64,000 bases of DNA, from NCBI RefSeq assembly GCF_963506605.1, contig NC_083279.1:35278001-35342000 (forward strand), read 5' to 3'. The position numbers were made by a program, and so were the translations under genes. The notes below the pieces were generated by a model. The model searched no databases, had not been told where the DNA came from, and was given only the letters and a program-made list of their open reading frames with translations. This document shows, one piece after another, positions 22,746 to 35,011 of this stretch (its first letter is position 1; the number at the start of each line of letters is the position of its first letter). Source of the stretch: Zootoca vivipara. Taxonomy: Eukaryota.

Positions 22746-23300
22746 TCACAGACCCAACCAAGACTGCAAACAGCCTCTGATTGATTCCAACCATAAAACA
22801 TTACCCATTGTGGAAAGATGAACCCCATCGAGACGATAAACCTGGGCAGCGTCAAAAGAAATATGGGGATGAGCAATGATCAGCCCTCCCAATTCCCTGA
22901 TTAAGTTAACTACCGCCCAATCCACCCGTCTCCTAGCCCGTCTGGTGGCAGCGAGGGATCGACTCCCCCGCCACTCTCTTCTCTGGAATAGACGGGACCA
23001 AATTAATCGTGTAGCAGGCAGCAGGGTACTCAATTCATGGATGTCATCACAAATTGAAAACCGCAATGTGCGACAGTCCATGGTAGGCAAATCATTTTCA
23101 CCAAACTGCACCACAATTGCCGAGGGGAGTCCATCAGCGTGCAACTGCTTGTGCATCAATGGGAGAAATTCGCCCCACAACATCCCTTTCCTGGCCAGCC
23201 AAGACACATGCATGTGCAACGGGCGTCCGAGACTGGAACCAAGGCCCAACTCCTGAGCTCTGGAAATAAATTACTGGAGGAGCTATGACCCCCCCCACGC
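22746..23300 (-). pseudogene. SGNH hydrolase copy 2 (167-codon open frame; GHS block separated by one frameshift)
   Basis: GEND (block III) and DGVH (block V) are in ORF 22746-23249; GGT CAT AGC (GHS) at 23290-23282 is in another frame. Confidence 0.8.
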
Positions 23301-23399
23301 AAAGTTCCTGGGCTGTCGTATTCACTTCTTTAGTGGCAGCTGGGCAGCGGGTACCTTGCCGCACATTTGGTCGCCCAAATTAAAATTAAATTTTCTTTA

Positions 23400-23750
23400 T
23401 CCCGGGGGCACTGCCAACAGCTCATCCAAGTCCGCTTGCTGCAGGACGCAAACTTACTCCGGGCGAAGACGGCAAAACATTCCCACCCAGAGCATCACTA
23501 GCGCTACGGGAGGACCGTTACAGGCCACTCAACCACCCAGCTGCCCATCACCGCTGCAGGAGGACCCTCGCAGGTCACACTCGACTGCACCAAAGGAATG
23601 AAATCCTCCTAAAGCATTCCCAATCTGGACATCCAAGATACACTTGCAAAGGCAAGCGGCCGAGACGGCACCCCAGTCCAGACTTGTCAGCAGGCTTGCC
23701 AGCCCCAGTGCATGAAGCTGCGGCAGACAATCCAGTTCACAGCGATGGTC
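23400..23750 (-). pseudogene. SGNH hydrolase copy 1 (degenerate, 3'-truncated)
   Basis: Translates in pieces to NWIVCRSFMHW..., VSWMSRLGML*EDFIPLVQ...EGPPAAV, which align with copy 2 (VSWLARKGMLWGEFLPLMH...DGLPSAIV). Confidence 0.65.
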
Positions 23751-23799
23751 CTATGAAAACACAAGGAAAATAACAGACAGGCATTAGCTCAGGCATTAC

Positions 23800-24640
23800 T
23801 ACGACACTTCCCAACTTAAACCTTTATCCGTGTCACCCTTCCAATGAACCGTATGCACAATCCTGTCCCCTGACAGGTCCCCAGTGCCCAACCTTTGTAG
23901 CAGCCCTGCTTGGAAGGAATGAGGCACGTTCAGCGAAGGGCAAGCATAAAGCAGAATAACTGCCACCCTAGGTGAGCAATAATGCCTGGCTAACGGGAAA
24001 CCTTTTAATCTTCGCACTGGGAGCAGGCCAGTCCCCCCAAGAGGATGAAGAGCGCGATATTTCAGGTATCCCTAACTGGGCAAGGGCCCGCTCCACCTGC
24101 GACCAGAAGCCTGATGATGGTACCCCTGCCCGCTAGGTCTGTCTTAGAGCTCCTGACTCTTAACGACAAGCTCCAAGGCTGTGAAGGAAAGTCCTGAAGC
24201 AATAAGCCTCCAGACTCTCAACCCCGTGCAGGCTCCGACACACTTACCCCAACCCTTAATGCTCCAAAATGCAATGGCATGAGAAGGAGGGGGGGTCCGC
24301 CTAGATACTTAACCCACAGACAATCTTAGCTATAGCTGTGGGATACTATAAAGAGGACAAAATGACTGGCTTCCCATCTGACGTCTAGTGAGGTTGGAAC
24401 CTATCCCAACCCTCCAAAGCCCTGCGCATGACAAACCATATGCAAGGGTCACTGAATAAAAGCCGCACGATAACAGACATAGCAGGGCTGAATATGGGTA
24501 GTCTCCTGATCACCGCCATTCTGCAGCAAGTAAGCCATGACTTGCAGGACCTGCTCAGAAGGAGAGGACAAGTACCTCCGAATGTCCGTGGACTGCCAGC
24601 TAAATGCCATAAGAGCAGTTCAGGCCTTCATTAAGACCTT
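23800..24640 (-). pseudogene. Tyrosine recombinase remnant
   Basis: Box I FGALRV, the SKTD..GRG motif and box II HSF..G.....G......I....HW are split across frames with stops. Confidence 0.7.
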
Positions 24641-26003
24641 AAGCTGAAGGGAAAATGGAAGCTATACCTTGTAATTAGTAATTATTATCAAAGTGACACA
24701 GGTAGGTTGGAAATACAGCAATAACTGAGGGACCTGAGCCCAGGATCCAAGGCGCTTCCTAAGCAGGCTGAAAGGAATACCAGCCATATCATTAGAGGAT
24801 CCTGGAATAAAGCGAGCAGCAGCACAAGAAGTATATGAAAGGCAGTGATATTCGCTGTAGCGTGAGGGCTGTTAAGCCAAAATGCTCACCACTACCAGGT
24901 ATCGCACCAAAAGCGGACCGCCAATCACTGGGCTCCCTGGGTCCAAATGTGCACTGCTACTACAATGGGGGGGTTAAGGAAAGTTATGACAAACGATTAT
25001 GTCACCACCCCAAGGGCGAAGCCATACCTGCATCCCCCCTAAAATAGGACCAAAAGTCAATAACTTAGCATCATAGTGAACCTGAAGCACTGAGCCGGTT
25101 CAAGGCATAATGCCATGGTGAACTACCATAGCATTAACATAGGAATTGCAACCTGGGCATGGGTTCCACCTCGACGTTTCCTGTAAAACAGAAGTGGCAA
25201 CCAGGGGCAACCACACTCATTGCAAGATACAGACCACCCAGCCAGAGCAGATCTGACAAGCATCACTCGCTACAGAGGAAGTATTACAAAATAACTTCCT
25301 CCAGGGCAGACAGCTCCTCCAAAGGCAAATGGAATATTCAAGCATTGATGACCCATTGGTTTCCTAATTAAAAGGAAGGTCATCGGGCCCTCTGTCTAAC
25401 CGCCGCCCACAGAACCCCCGACTCCTCAGTGGGGAAGAAGAGGCGACCAGGGAGGCTGTGCCGATGCAGGTGACACCTGATCTAGCCCAGAAAGCAAACA
25501 AACGCTATAATGGGTCACCCCAGTGAACCAGGCCAAACTTGAGAGGCCCTATGAAGGAAAGTCCCAAAAGGACTAGAATACTGCACAAGCGATTGCGCAG
25601 CCCATTGGCATCACCTTACAATAGAAAAGCTATGTCCCACTGAGAGTGCCGTGTTGCCTTGAATGTGCTCAACCACCTGATCCAAGGATGTATATTTGAG
25701 GACTTCCACTGGAATGGAGTCGGTTGGGGGGGGGGGCTGTGCGATGCAATCAATAATGGATCAGGCAAAAGGCAGAAGGGATATACTAGGTATAATCCCA
25801 AAGGGGACAAATAAAATCAAAGATGAATAAAATCAGTGGGGTGCCACGAAGGGCAAGGGATATTAACACATGTTTATCAACCTCGGATCAGCCTGGGGAG
25901 GAGGTGATTTGGGTTGCTGCAGGGGGGGGGGACACTCTATCAAAAGCATGGTGGGGGCCCTGCTGATAGGGCAAGCAGTGTATGACTGATACCCAAGGGC
26001 ACC

Positions 26004-26133
26004 NNNNNNNNNNNNNNNNNNNNNNNNNNNNNNNNNNNNNNNNNNNNNNNNNNNNNNNNNNNNNNNNNNNNNNNNNNNNNNNNNNNNNNNNNNNNNNNNN
26101 NNNNNNNNNNNNNNNNNNNNNNNNNNNNNNNNN
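26004..26133. other. Assembly gap (130 N)
   Basis: Run of N. Confidence 1.
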
Positions 26134-26685
26134 AGAACCGCTATTGCAGACCCAAATTCTGCTGCTAAACCGGCTTCCAGCACGTCTGCCTCACTCATAA
26201 TGCTCAGGGGAAGCCATTCAAGAGGTGGAGCCCCATCGGAAGTCCACCCAACCTTGTCCCCAAGACCCCTGCAGGGCGCGTTTTGGGGAAAGTAAGCGTA
26301 ACCCTGTAATATTTGAAAGCCATTAAGCCAAGACTTTAAAGATTTCCCCACCTGCGATGGGCCTGAAGGGAGGGGATGGCCCCCCCAGACCCCTGTAGAG
26401 GTCCAAGGTACCAACTGAATCGCATCATAGCCCATGAGGGATATACATGCCAAGGTAGTGGAATCGCCATCCCCACCCCTCATTATACTCATCTTGGATC
26501 ACCGACACCGCTGCCGCTTCCTTCCTGAAGATGGCACCCGGTGTACCAGCAAGCATCCTCTTCTGGGATGCAACCTCTGGAGATGTCAGTGGTTTCCACC
26601 TGGATACATTCTAGCCGGGACTTGGAGACTGTCAACTGCCAAAGACTCAGATACAGGATCCTGTCTGGAGGTGCCTGGGCAAGAG

Positions 26686-26880
26686 CATGTTGGTAATTTT
26701 AGAAGTCGGCGTAAGAATTGGCTTTGAAGCGACTCTAAAGGTGAGAGATTTGCAAAGGCCGCCCATAAAGGTGCAGCATAGGCCATTGTGGCCAACACTT
26801 TGATGCTATACACTTTCAAGGTCGCAGGGATGAATAAGGACTGGGCGAGAGATTGCATTTGCTGCCCGAAAATGTTCTGG
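26686..26880 (-). mobile_element. Non-LTR (RTE-like) RT C-terminal fragment inside the YR element
   Basis: IPATLKVYSIKVLATMAYAAPLW...LESLQSQFLRRLLKLP resembles the post-RT region of LINE ORF2. Confidence 0.6.
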
Positions 26881-27382
26881 CCGGCACTGGCAGAGTGTCT
26901 TCCGCCAAAGACCCAGATCCTTGATCCTGTCTCAACATGCCAGGGCAAGATGACACTGATGCCACTTCCCTCCAGAAGATGGTGCCCGGCGGACCAGCAA
27001 GTCATCCTCTGCATGAGATGTAACCTCTAGAGACCTGGGAGAGACTGGCACAGACTGACGATGAAGTGGAATCATCGTCCACGCTCCTCTTTGCCTCCTT
27101 CTGGATCACTGCCTCCGATGACGCTTCCTTCCTTCCTTTGGGAGAGGCAACCTCTGGAAGCATCTGAAAAGGCCCCGCCATAATCTGCAAAGAACTAAAA
27201 ACATGTGAGGAACCAGCGACACCAACCCTTCAATGCACCACTAGGAGACGCTACCTTCCTCCCTCAGGGCCTAGCTGGGTTCTGGAAAATTAAAATTAAA
27301 TTGTGAATCAGAAAAAAGGGGGCCAAAAGGAGGAAAATCCTCTCCCTCTTTACTAGAGATGGAAGGCCCCTGAGCTTCTAAT

Positions 27383-27510
27383 CCTTGTTGGAAGCCGCCC
27401 AAAGTGGCTGGGGAAACCCAACCGGATGGGCGGGATACAAATAAATGATAATAATAATAACCATAACAATTATTATCATTATTATTACCACCACCACTAC
27501 TACCATTATC
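27383..27510 (-). mobile_element. LINE (L2-like) 3' end with AAT-type tail
   Basis: TGTTGGAAGCCGCCCA..GTGGCTGGGGAAACCCA.CC.GATGGGCGGG..AAATAAA..(AAT)n; same motif at 47848-47930, 63575-63690 and 63770-64000. Orientation uncertain. Confidence 0.55.
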
Positions 27511-28687
27511 ATCAGGGCAAAACATACTTTAAGAAAATAAACTGGTTCAGAAATAGCATAGTTAAAGAGCATACACAGAGTGCTCATAGTCATTGAAGGC
27601 ACAGAGAGTCACTGGCTCCACTCTGTCTGCCACAGATATGCATTAGCAACAACAGCACATTCAGGCAGTTACACACACACACTGAGCCTGCAAGCAAACA
27701 GATACATTTTAGAGAGAGCACAGTAGCAGGCTTAGGCTTGAATGATCTGTATGGGCCGTGTAGGCCTCACTGCTTCTGCACTTAAGAATCTTTGTCTCAT
27801 GACAAGCCTCACACCCAATGGCGATGGCTGCGAAAAGAAGCAGCCCAAAATGGTACTCAAGCCCCAAGGCAAAATTAAAATTCAGCCAACAAATGCTGCA
27901 CACACCCAAAATAAAGCCAACCTTAGGAATACTATAAACAAAAGAGATTCCAGCCAGGCTTGGAACAGCCCTGACTAGCCTACAATTATAAAACGGGCAA
28001 AATGGGGGGGGGGCACCTTTTTGCAAGAAAGCCCCTATCAGGAAAGGCAAGCCAAGGAGGGTAACGCATGGGTAGTGCTCAGAGGTACAGGGAGAATCTT
28101 CCCAAAGGCCAGGTAAGAGGCCAAACAGCCTCCTGGGGTGACAAAGACCCCACCAGGGGAGGGGTGGGAAATCAAGCAGAAAAAAGGGGGGGAAGGGGAG
28201 TTAAATTAATTAAGGGACTGGAGAGGATTAGAACAAAGGGGAAAATAAAGAAATGTAACCAGACAATGAGAAGATTGCTCCGCTGTCCTCCAGAAGTGCT
28301 TCGAGTGAGCAAGAGAAGAGGAACCAAAAGGAATTAAAGCAGAGAGAAATAAAAGGGGAATAAGGGAATCAGAAAGAAGAAGGCAAAATACAACCCGAAT
28401 ATCTCTGGAGCTGAAATGGTCATAGTTGTGATCAGAAACGCAGCCAAAGAGAAGGGTCCAGAAAAAACCAACGTTAAGCTTAAATACACCCCAAGGTTTG
28501 ATTCACAAAATGATACATACCAATTTGCCCAACAACAGCCCTTAACCAATCAAACGGTGGCCACTCATGCCCCCTCCTTTGCCATAGGCGTGGTTTTCAG
28601 CCCCCACCGCAAATCGTGCTCTCTGTAATGGAGAACCCGTCTTATATTTATACCCTGCCTTTCCTCTAAAGATCACAATTTGAAGTA

Positions 28688-29216
28688 CTGTATATTCCCA
28701 CGTATGGGACCCAGGTGGCGCTGTGGTTAAACCACTGAGCCTAGGGCTTGCTGATCAGATGGTTGGTGGTTCGAATCCCTGTGACGGGGTGAGCTCCCGT
28801 TGCTTGGTCCCAGCTCCTGCCAACCTAGCAGTTCGAAAGCACATCAAAATGCAAGTAGATAAATAGGAACCGCTACAGCGGGAAGGTAAACGGCGTTTCC
28901 ATGTGCTGCTCTGGTTTGCCAGAAGCGGCTTTGTCATGCTGGCCACATGACCTGGAAGCTATACGCCGGCTCCCTCGGCCAATAATGCGAGATGAGCGCG
29001 CAACCCCAGAGTCAGTCACGACTGGACCTAATGGTCAGGGGTCCCTTTACCTTTTATATTCCCACGTATAAGACTACTTTTTAACCCAGGAAAATCTTCT
29101 CAAAAGTCGGGGGTTGTCTTATACGCCAGGTCGTATTTCTTATATGGCGAGTATATCCCAAACTCTATATTTTAACTGGAAAAGTTGGGGGTCGTCTTAT
29201 ATGCCGGAATATACGG
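28688..29216. mobile_element. Mariner/Tigger-type MITE interrupted by a Sauria SINE
   Basis: TA-flanked CTGTATATTCC...GGAATATACGG termini. Confidence 0.75.
28706..29054 (+). mobile_element. Sauria SINE, full length
   Basis: Box A/B-like head (GGTGGCGCTGTGGTTAA...GGTTCGAATCC), ACCTTT tail, and a 15-bp TSD TATATTCCCACGTAT (28691-28705, 29055-29069). Confidence 0.9.
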
Positions 29217-31559
29217 TACATAGTTCTCCCCTCCTCATTTTGTCCTCACAACAACCCTTTGAAGAGACAGTGCTGCCCCAGGTCAGCAAATGAGCTTCCT
29301 GGCTGAATGGGCACTTGAAACCTGGGTTCCCAAGTCCTACTCTAACCATTACACCACACTGCCTTTCTATATATAACTAGATACGTGGCAAAGCTTGTGG
29401 TTGCCACTCACACCTGCAATTTATGGCCCTTGTCTCTTCATGATCCAAAGTCAAAACAGTTGGCTTCGGTACATAATGGTCGCGGCAATAGAGTTCCCGA
29501 AACATTAACTATACTACGGTATCAAGTTTGGGCTTCTTGTTTTTTAACAAACACGAAAATTGCTTAAAAAGGGCAGGCCAGTCTGGATCCTATCCAAGGT
29601 AAATTTATTAATCTGAAGAACCAAGTAAATAGTTCTGTGAATCCTGAGGTCTTTCAAATTTTGTTTTTTTCTTCATCTCCAGTTCTTTTCAGTAAACTGC
29701 TTTTGAAGTCAAGGAAGATTTCAAAAGAAAAGATATAGTAGCAAATGAGCTAATCAAAGAAAGAAAAAAGTTCTAAACATTCCATTCCCTACATGCTAGC
29801 CATTACTAAATCTGGTTGTTACTGTTCTTATGAATATCTGCCTATATTTGTAAAAAAACAAAACAAAAACCCAGCAAGTTAAAACTCTTTCACGCAGAAT
29901 GGCGGTTGGAACAAAAAGGTCTTACATTGCTCCTGAAACAAACTTGGGGCATTGATAACTTCAAGTGAAGGCTATTAGTAATGAATAGAACAGCCAAAGT
30001 GAGTCTCTTAACAGCAGCAATAATAATAAATAATCCAGCCACAGAAGAAGGAAGCCTGACACTTTTAGCCATGTAAGGCATTAAAAAAAAACCCCATCAT
30101 GGTAAGCAAACTATGCCAAGATAAAATTTACAGCTAGAAGAGATGTGGTCCCATTCTGGTTACTTGGGGATAGTTCAAACGAGGCAGAAATCCAGACCTT
30201 CACATAATACCATTGCACATGTGTGTAAAACAGAGCTACTCGGATAGCAATGAAATACACCTGTGTTGGATGATATACATGGAAATTACACAATATGTTC
30301 TACTGATATTTGAAACAGTTATCTTTTGTTCTTGTTTAAGTATAAAATGGCTTATTGGAATTGTTTCACACTCTTTTTGCTTTATGAAACATCTAACCTC
30401 ATACATCTATTTTTAAATTCTGAAGAAAACCTTTGGACTGCATTTTGCATTTTGGGAGGGTTTTTTTAAATGTTCTTTTTTTAAAAAAGTTGTCCTATCT
30501 TTTTAGAACTCAGAGAAGACTTGAGCCAAGAACCCTTCGTAAACTGAACCACATATCTCCATTTTTAAAACTTCTTTTTAAATCTGAGAATCCTCAACGT
30601 CTCAAGTACTTATTTGCACAGTTGAGTTTTCTGCAGCTATATCTGCTTTGAGATCTTCGGACAAACATGAAAGTCTGTGTGGTTTCTTTATTGCATGCAC
30701 TGCCCTTTGAAACTGATAAAGTCTTAAAATGGAAGCTTCTTCCTCTGAAGGGGGAGATGGAATTATTATCTGTAAGTTAATGTAGACCTTAAAATAATTT
30801 TGGGTGTGCCAGGGTAGATAAGCTGAAAGGTTTAACCTTAGTCTAGAGTCCTTCCTCAGATGACATGAAGTACCTAAACAAGGTAGCAAAAAATGAAAAT
30901 GATTTTTCGTTGCCTTCCAAGATTACGTATTTCCTCAACTTTTTATTATGAAGTAAAAGCCATGATGAGGAAGAAGTATATCAGTACACAAAAAATTAAG
31001 AGCAGAATTGATAAGTAGAACAGAATTGTACACACTGATCAGATATGTATAAACCCTCTGTGCCAGTCATAACCCAAATGGCATTAAGTTTGGTAGGGAT
31101 GTCTTAGATCATCCACTAAATGCGTAAGTACTATAATTTACAGCTTATATCTTGTTCTTACAGATGAGGTGGTAAAGCTGAGCCTGGGCTGTATCACTTC
31201 AAACTCCAGGTCCGGCAAATTACATAACTGAATAGTTCTCCTTACTAAAACGAAACAAAACCCCATGCATTTAGAAAACTGGCTTAGCCTTTTCCCCAAC
31301 ATGCTAGATTTTTATGTGTAAAGATGCTTTTTCATGCAGATTGTTCTGCCATGTCAGCCCCATACTTTCATTTTGCCAGGAAGAAGCCATTATATGTGGC
31401 AGCCCCTAAGTTGTGGAATTCCCTCCCCACTATCTAACAGCAGTTAACACACCATGCTTGTGGCTAGTTCCGTAGATTTTATTTCTAAATGGCTTTCATT
31501 GACCCTTGAGAAGTTTTCTTTCGTTGTGTGTTTTATTTTCACTGCAAAGCAGTTTACAT

Positions 31560-31933
31560 CAGCGTTTCTCAACCGCTGTTCCGCGGCACACTAGTGTGCC
31601 GCGAGACACTGGCTGGTGTGCCGCGACGTGCCGCGACGAGAAGGGTGATTTGCATTGTCACGTGCCTGGCGGCTGCCAATATACAACACTGACCCGCCGG
31701 AAAGCAATATTTCTCCTCCTCTTTCCCAAAGCTCAGTGCAAACAAGCCTGGCGGCCGCCAATACACAACACTGGCCCGTCGGAAAGCAATATTTGGCAAG
31801 TGTTTCTTACAGTCATAATTATAATATAGGGCGGCACAGAGTAAAATTTTTAAACTTTTTTAATGGTGGTGTGCCTCGTGATTTTTTTCACGGAACAAGT
31901 GTGCCGTGGCCCAAAAAAGGTTGAGAAACACTG
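31560..31933. mobile_element. hAT MITE
   Basis: TIR CAGCGTTTCTCAACC / GGTTGAGAAACACTG; 8-bp TSD GTTTACAT. Confidence 0.88.
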
Positions 31934-33926
31934 GTTTACATATCGCTGTAGCTAAGCAGTAGGAATTTTCCTTGGACTGTTTATTGTAAATATATGAGAT
32001 GATGTCAGCATCTTAAAAAGCTGCAACAAAACACACAGTAGATTTCTTCCATTATGTTGTGGGTAATGTGGAAGAGTACCACTTTGCACCAGGGGCTTGC
32101 TTGCATCAAATTTAGTAGTTCATTAATGTTAAGGATAGTTAAAGCATTGTTGTGTCCATTAATGTATTTGACTAATAAAATATTTTTTGTAATTGTAATG
32201 ATTTCTTCCTTGGCATCACGCTTGTTTGACACCTGGTAGAGGTGTAAAGACTTGGTAAAAAACATTTTGAGGTCCGTCTGGGAAAATGGTAAACATAGGA
32301 GAGTTGGATAGCATGGAAGATGTCATATGTAAGAGTTTAACAAACCAGGAAATCTTCTGGTAAGATGAGCATACAAGGGGAGCACGGGTGTGCATGGCTG
32401 GTTCCAAGCAAAATATAATTGGGAGGACAGGAAAACACGATACCAGAATGTGGCCACATTCTCATTAGAGAAAACAGTTTGAATATTGTTTTCTGGAGAT
32501 TAGCCATACATGTGTATTGTGTACCGTATATGCATATCTGCATACTGTATATATTTTTGCTAGGATGGAGTGAGGTATAAACTTTACCAAATGAATAAGG
32601 ATGAATAATTATGCCTATCTCTTGCTTTGTAGGATAACACCAAATCCTTCCCTCAGCAGAATAGTTGAATATAATTCAGTATCCAGATTTATTGCCGCAA
32701 CTTAAATTATATAAAATTATGTAGGAGATACAGCTATATACACAATATAATCTAGGCATAATTGCTGGGTATAGCTCACCAACACAGGAAAAACCATCCT
32801 GCTATCATATGTGGTGACTTCGAAAAACAATTAGTTCCTCAACCCTTGATGGGGCAATTTTTCAGGAAGCGTGTGGAGTGAGGGGGCAGGTGAAGATAGT
32901 CCCTCTGTCCTCGTCCTCCATCTTGAGCAGTATGCCTCCGAGCACAACTGTGGAACCAGCTCATTTTAAGCAGAGCTTAATGTAAGCACATCTTTAAGTA
33001 GAGCTTCAAGTGATTGTTAATGGGGAAAACTGAGTTTTGCATTGAAGTTACTAAAAAAATCTCTTGCAGTGAAATAAGTGTAAACTACACAAAGGAAGCC
33101 ATGTCTCTAGCTCTATGCTTATGTTCATTTAACAGGGCAAATGAGATTGCAGTAAACTAAATTACTTTAAGGAGATTTACCTTAACCTGAACAAGAAAAG
33201 TGACTATTGGAATAAGGGCTCCTTTACACAGGAATCCCTGCTGTTCCACAAGAGATCTGTTTGCAAACTCATCACAACAACCCACAAAGGAGTTTAAAAC
33301 TTTTTTTTAACCACAAGCATTACAGTAGACCTGCATGACAACATTTGTGTGGTAAACAATCATTATTCTACACTGTATTAAGTATAGCAACATATTATTT
33401 GATGTACTGGTCTTGAATTATTTGGAACTATATTAAAGCCACAAATTAAATAATGCATTATTTAAAAGGTAATTTTAGCTTCTCCACACCCTTCCCACCC
33501 TGCCCTACACTTTGGACAGGTTGCAGTAATAGAATTAAGCATTGCATAAATATTTATTAGTGGAGATGGCGGACAATGAGCGATCAGCCAGCACACTTCC
33601 ACACTAGCTGTTAATAATGTGGAAAAGTTACATGACAGAAAATTGGGGGCCCATATAAGCTTCATTCATGTGGTCTGTGGAATCGTCGTTGAAGATGGGA
33701 AACTGCTCACCCATTGCATTAAATATTCCTATTTGTTTTTAATTGTGTTTTTAATACTTCTTTCCCACCCCTCTCTTAGATATTGTATTTTATTGTATTA
33801 CAGTTTGAATTCTATGGAAGCTCAAATTGTAGCATACTAAAAACACAATACAAATGAAATAAAAGAAGCAATAAAAGATTCAGTTGAGAATTGTACACTG
33901 TCTAGCAGTGCATTTAACTCAGCAGG

Positions 33927-34070
33927 TGTAGCTCAGTCAGTAAAGCATGAGACTCTTAATCTCAGGGTCGTGGTTCAAACCCCCCATGTTTGGCAAAAGA
34001 CTCCTGCATTGCAGGGGGTGGGACTAGATGACCCCTTGGTGTACCTTCCAACTCTACAGTTCTATGGTTT
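33927..34070 (+). mobile_element. tRNA-Lys(CTT)-derived SINE with CR1-like 3' tail
   Basis: Head TAGCTCAGTCAGTAAAGCATGAGACTCTTAATCTCAGGGTCGTGGTTCAAACCCC follows tRNA-Lys-CTT with substitutions. Tail GGACTAGATGACC..CCTTCCAACTCTACAGTTCTATG is CR1-like. Related copies at ~46100-46205 (-) and 51670-51790 (+). Confidence 0.75.
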
Positions 34071-34861
34071 TAGTTGCTAAAACAGGCAGGGGGGAAATGG
34101 TGAAGTAGTACACCAAGATAACCAAGCAATGGTCAAGAAGTTTGGGAATCACTGTAACATGTTTTTTAAAATACAGTACTGTATGTTCTGATATCTTTGG
34201 AACTGCAGTTGTGAAGATATATGTAAAAGGGAAATGTTTTAAATTAGCGTCCATAGCAATAATGCATGTCGGTTCTTCATTGATTATCCAGTAGAACTAA
34301 CTACTGTACTCAATATATGTAAGGGAAGAATTTAGCAAGAAACCAAGTTCTGAGGCTCAAGGGTGGTTTTTCACGGGGAAGAAAAAATAATTTTCACAAA
34401 CTGCCTTTTCCACCTTCGGCTTCTAAAATCTGTTTGCATTCTTTAGATATTTGGGGTTGTGTTTGAAGACTGACCTGTACTGGCAATGATGCGCATATAT
34501 ATATATTCCTGATCACCTTCATAATGGACAGATACTATAAAAAGAACATTTTCTGTGAATTTGAATTACTAATGCTCTGAGAGCACGGAAGAGGAATGCA
34601 AACTGGCCCTGTTGCCATGGTGGTGTTACGGGGGAAGAGTTTGTCTTTTCTCCTGGCTATTCTGTGGCACGTGTGCTGTTTTTAATACTGCAGCGCTCTG
34701 CTGTGATTGGACAGTATCCTTTCCACCCCGACCCCCATTCATGCACCAGAGTAGCAGAAGGTCAAGAATCCGGTTGTTAAAGGAAACTGTTTTGTTTTGC
34801 AGGACTGCATTAAGATTAATGGAGCTTAAGGTAACCGGGGTAATGTTGCTGAGGTTGTTAA

Positions 34862-34895
<34 letters not shown>

Positions 34896-34963
34896 ACACA
34901 CACACACCCCTTACAGCAAATGAACTCTTGTTTTTAGGCACAGAAATCCATCGTTGGTGCATC

Positions 34964-35011
<48 letters not shown>

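Larger units (their letters stand above)
22109..28611 (-). mobile_element. Decayed Ngaro/DIRS-order tyrosine-recombinase retroelement (boundaries approximate)
   Basis: - strand remnants occur in Ngaro order: RNase H VRFWCD (24918-24901); YR FGALRVG (24268-24248), RVRSSKTDLAGRG (24160-24123), HSF (23921-23913); then SGNH hydrolase and AATAAA at ~22195-22200. Spans an N gap. Confidence 0.7.

Noticed and set aside
22746-23249. Host lipase/esterase gene nested in the intron
   Set aside because: It lies directly 3' of YR/RNase H remnants in the Ngaro position, and its catalytic GHS block is frameshifted.
33927-34000. tRNA-Lys gene
   Set aside because: Acceptor stem and D/T arms are mutated and the sequence continues into a CR1-like tail, so it is a SINE head.
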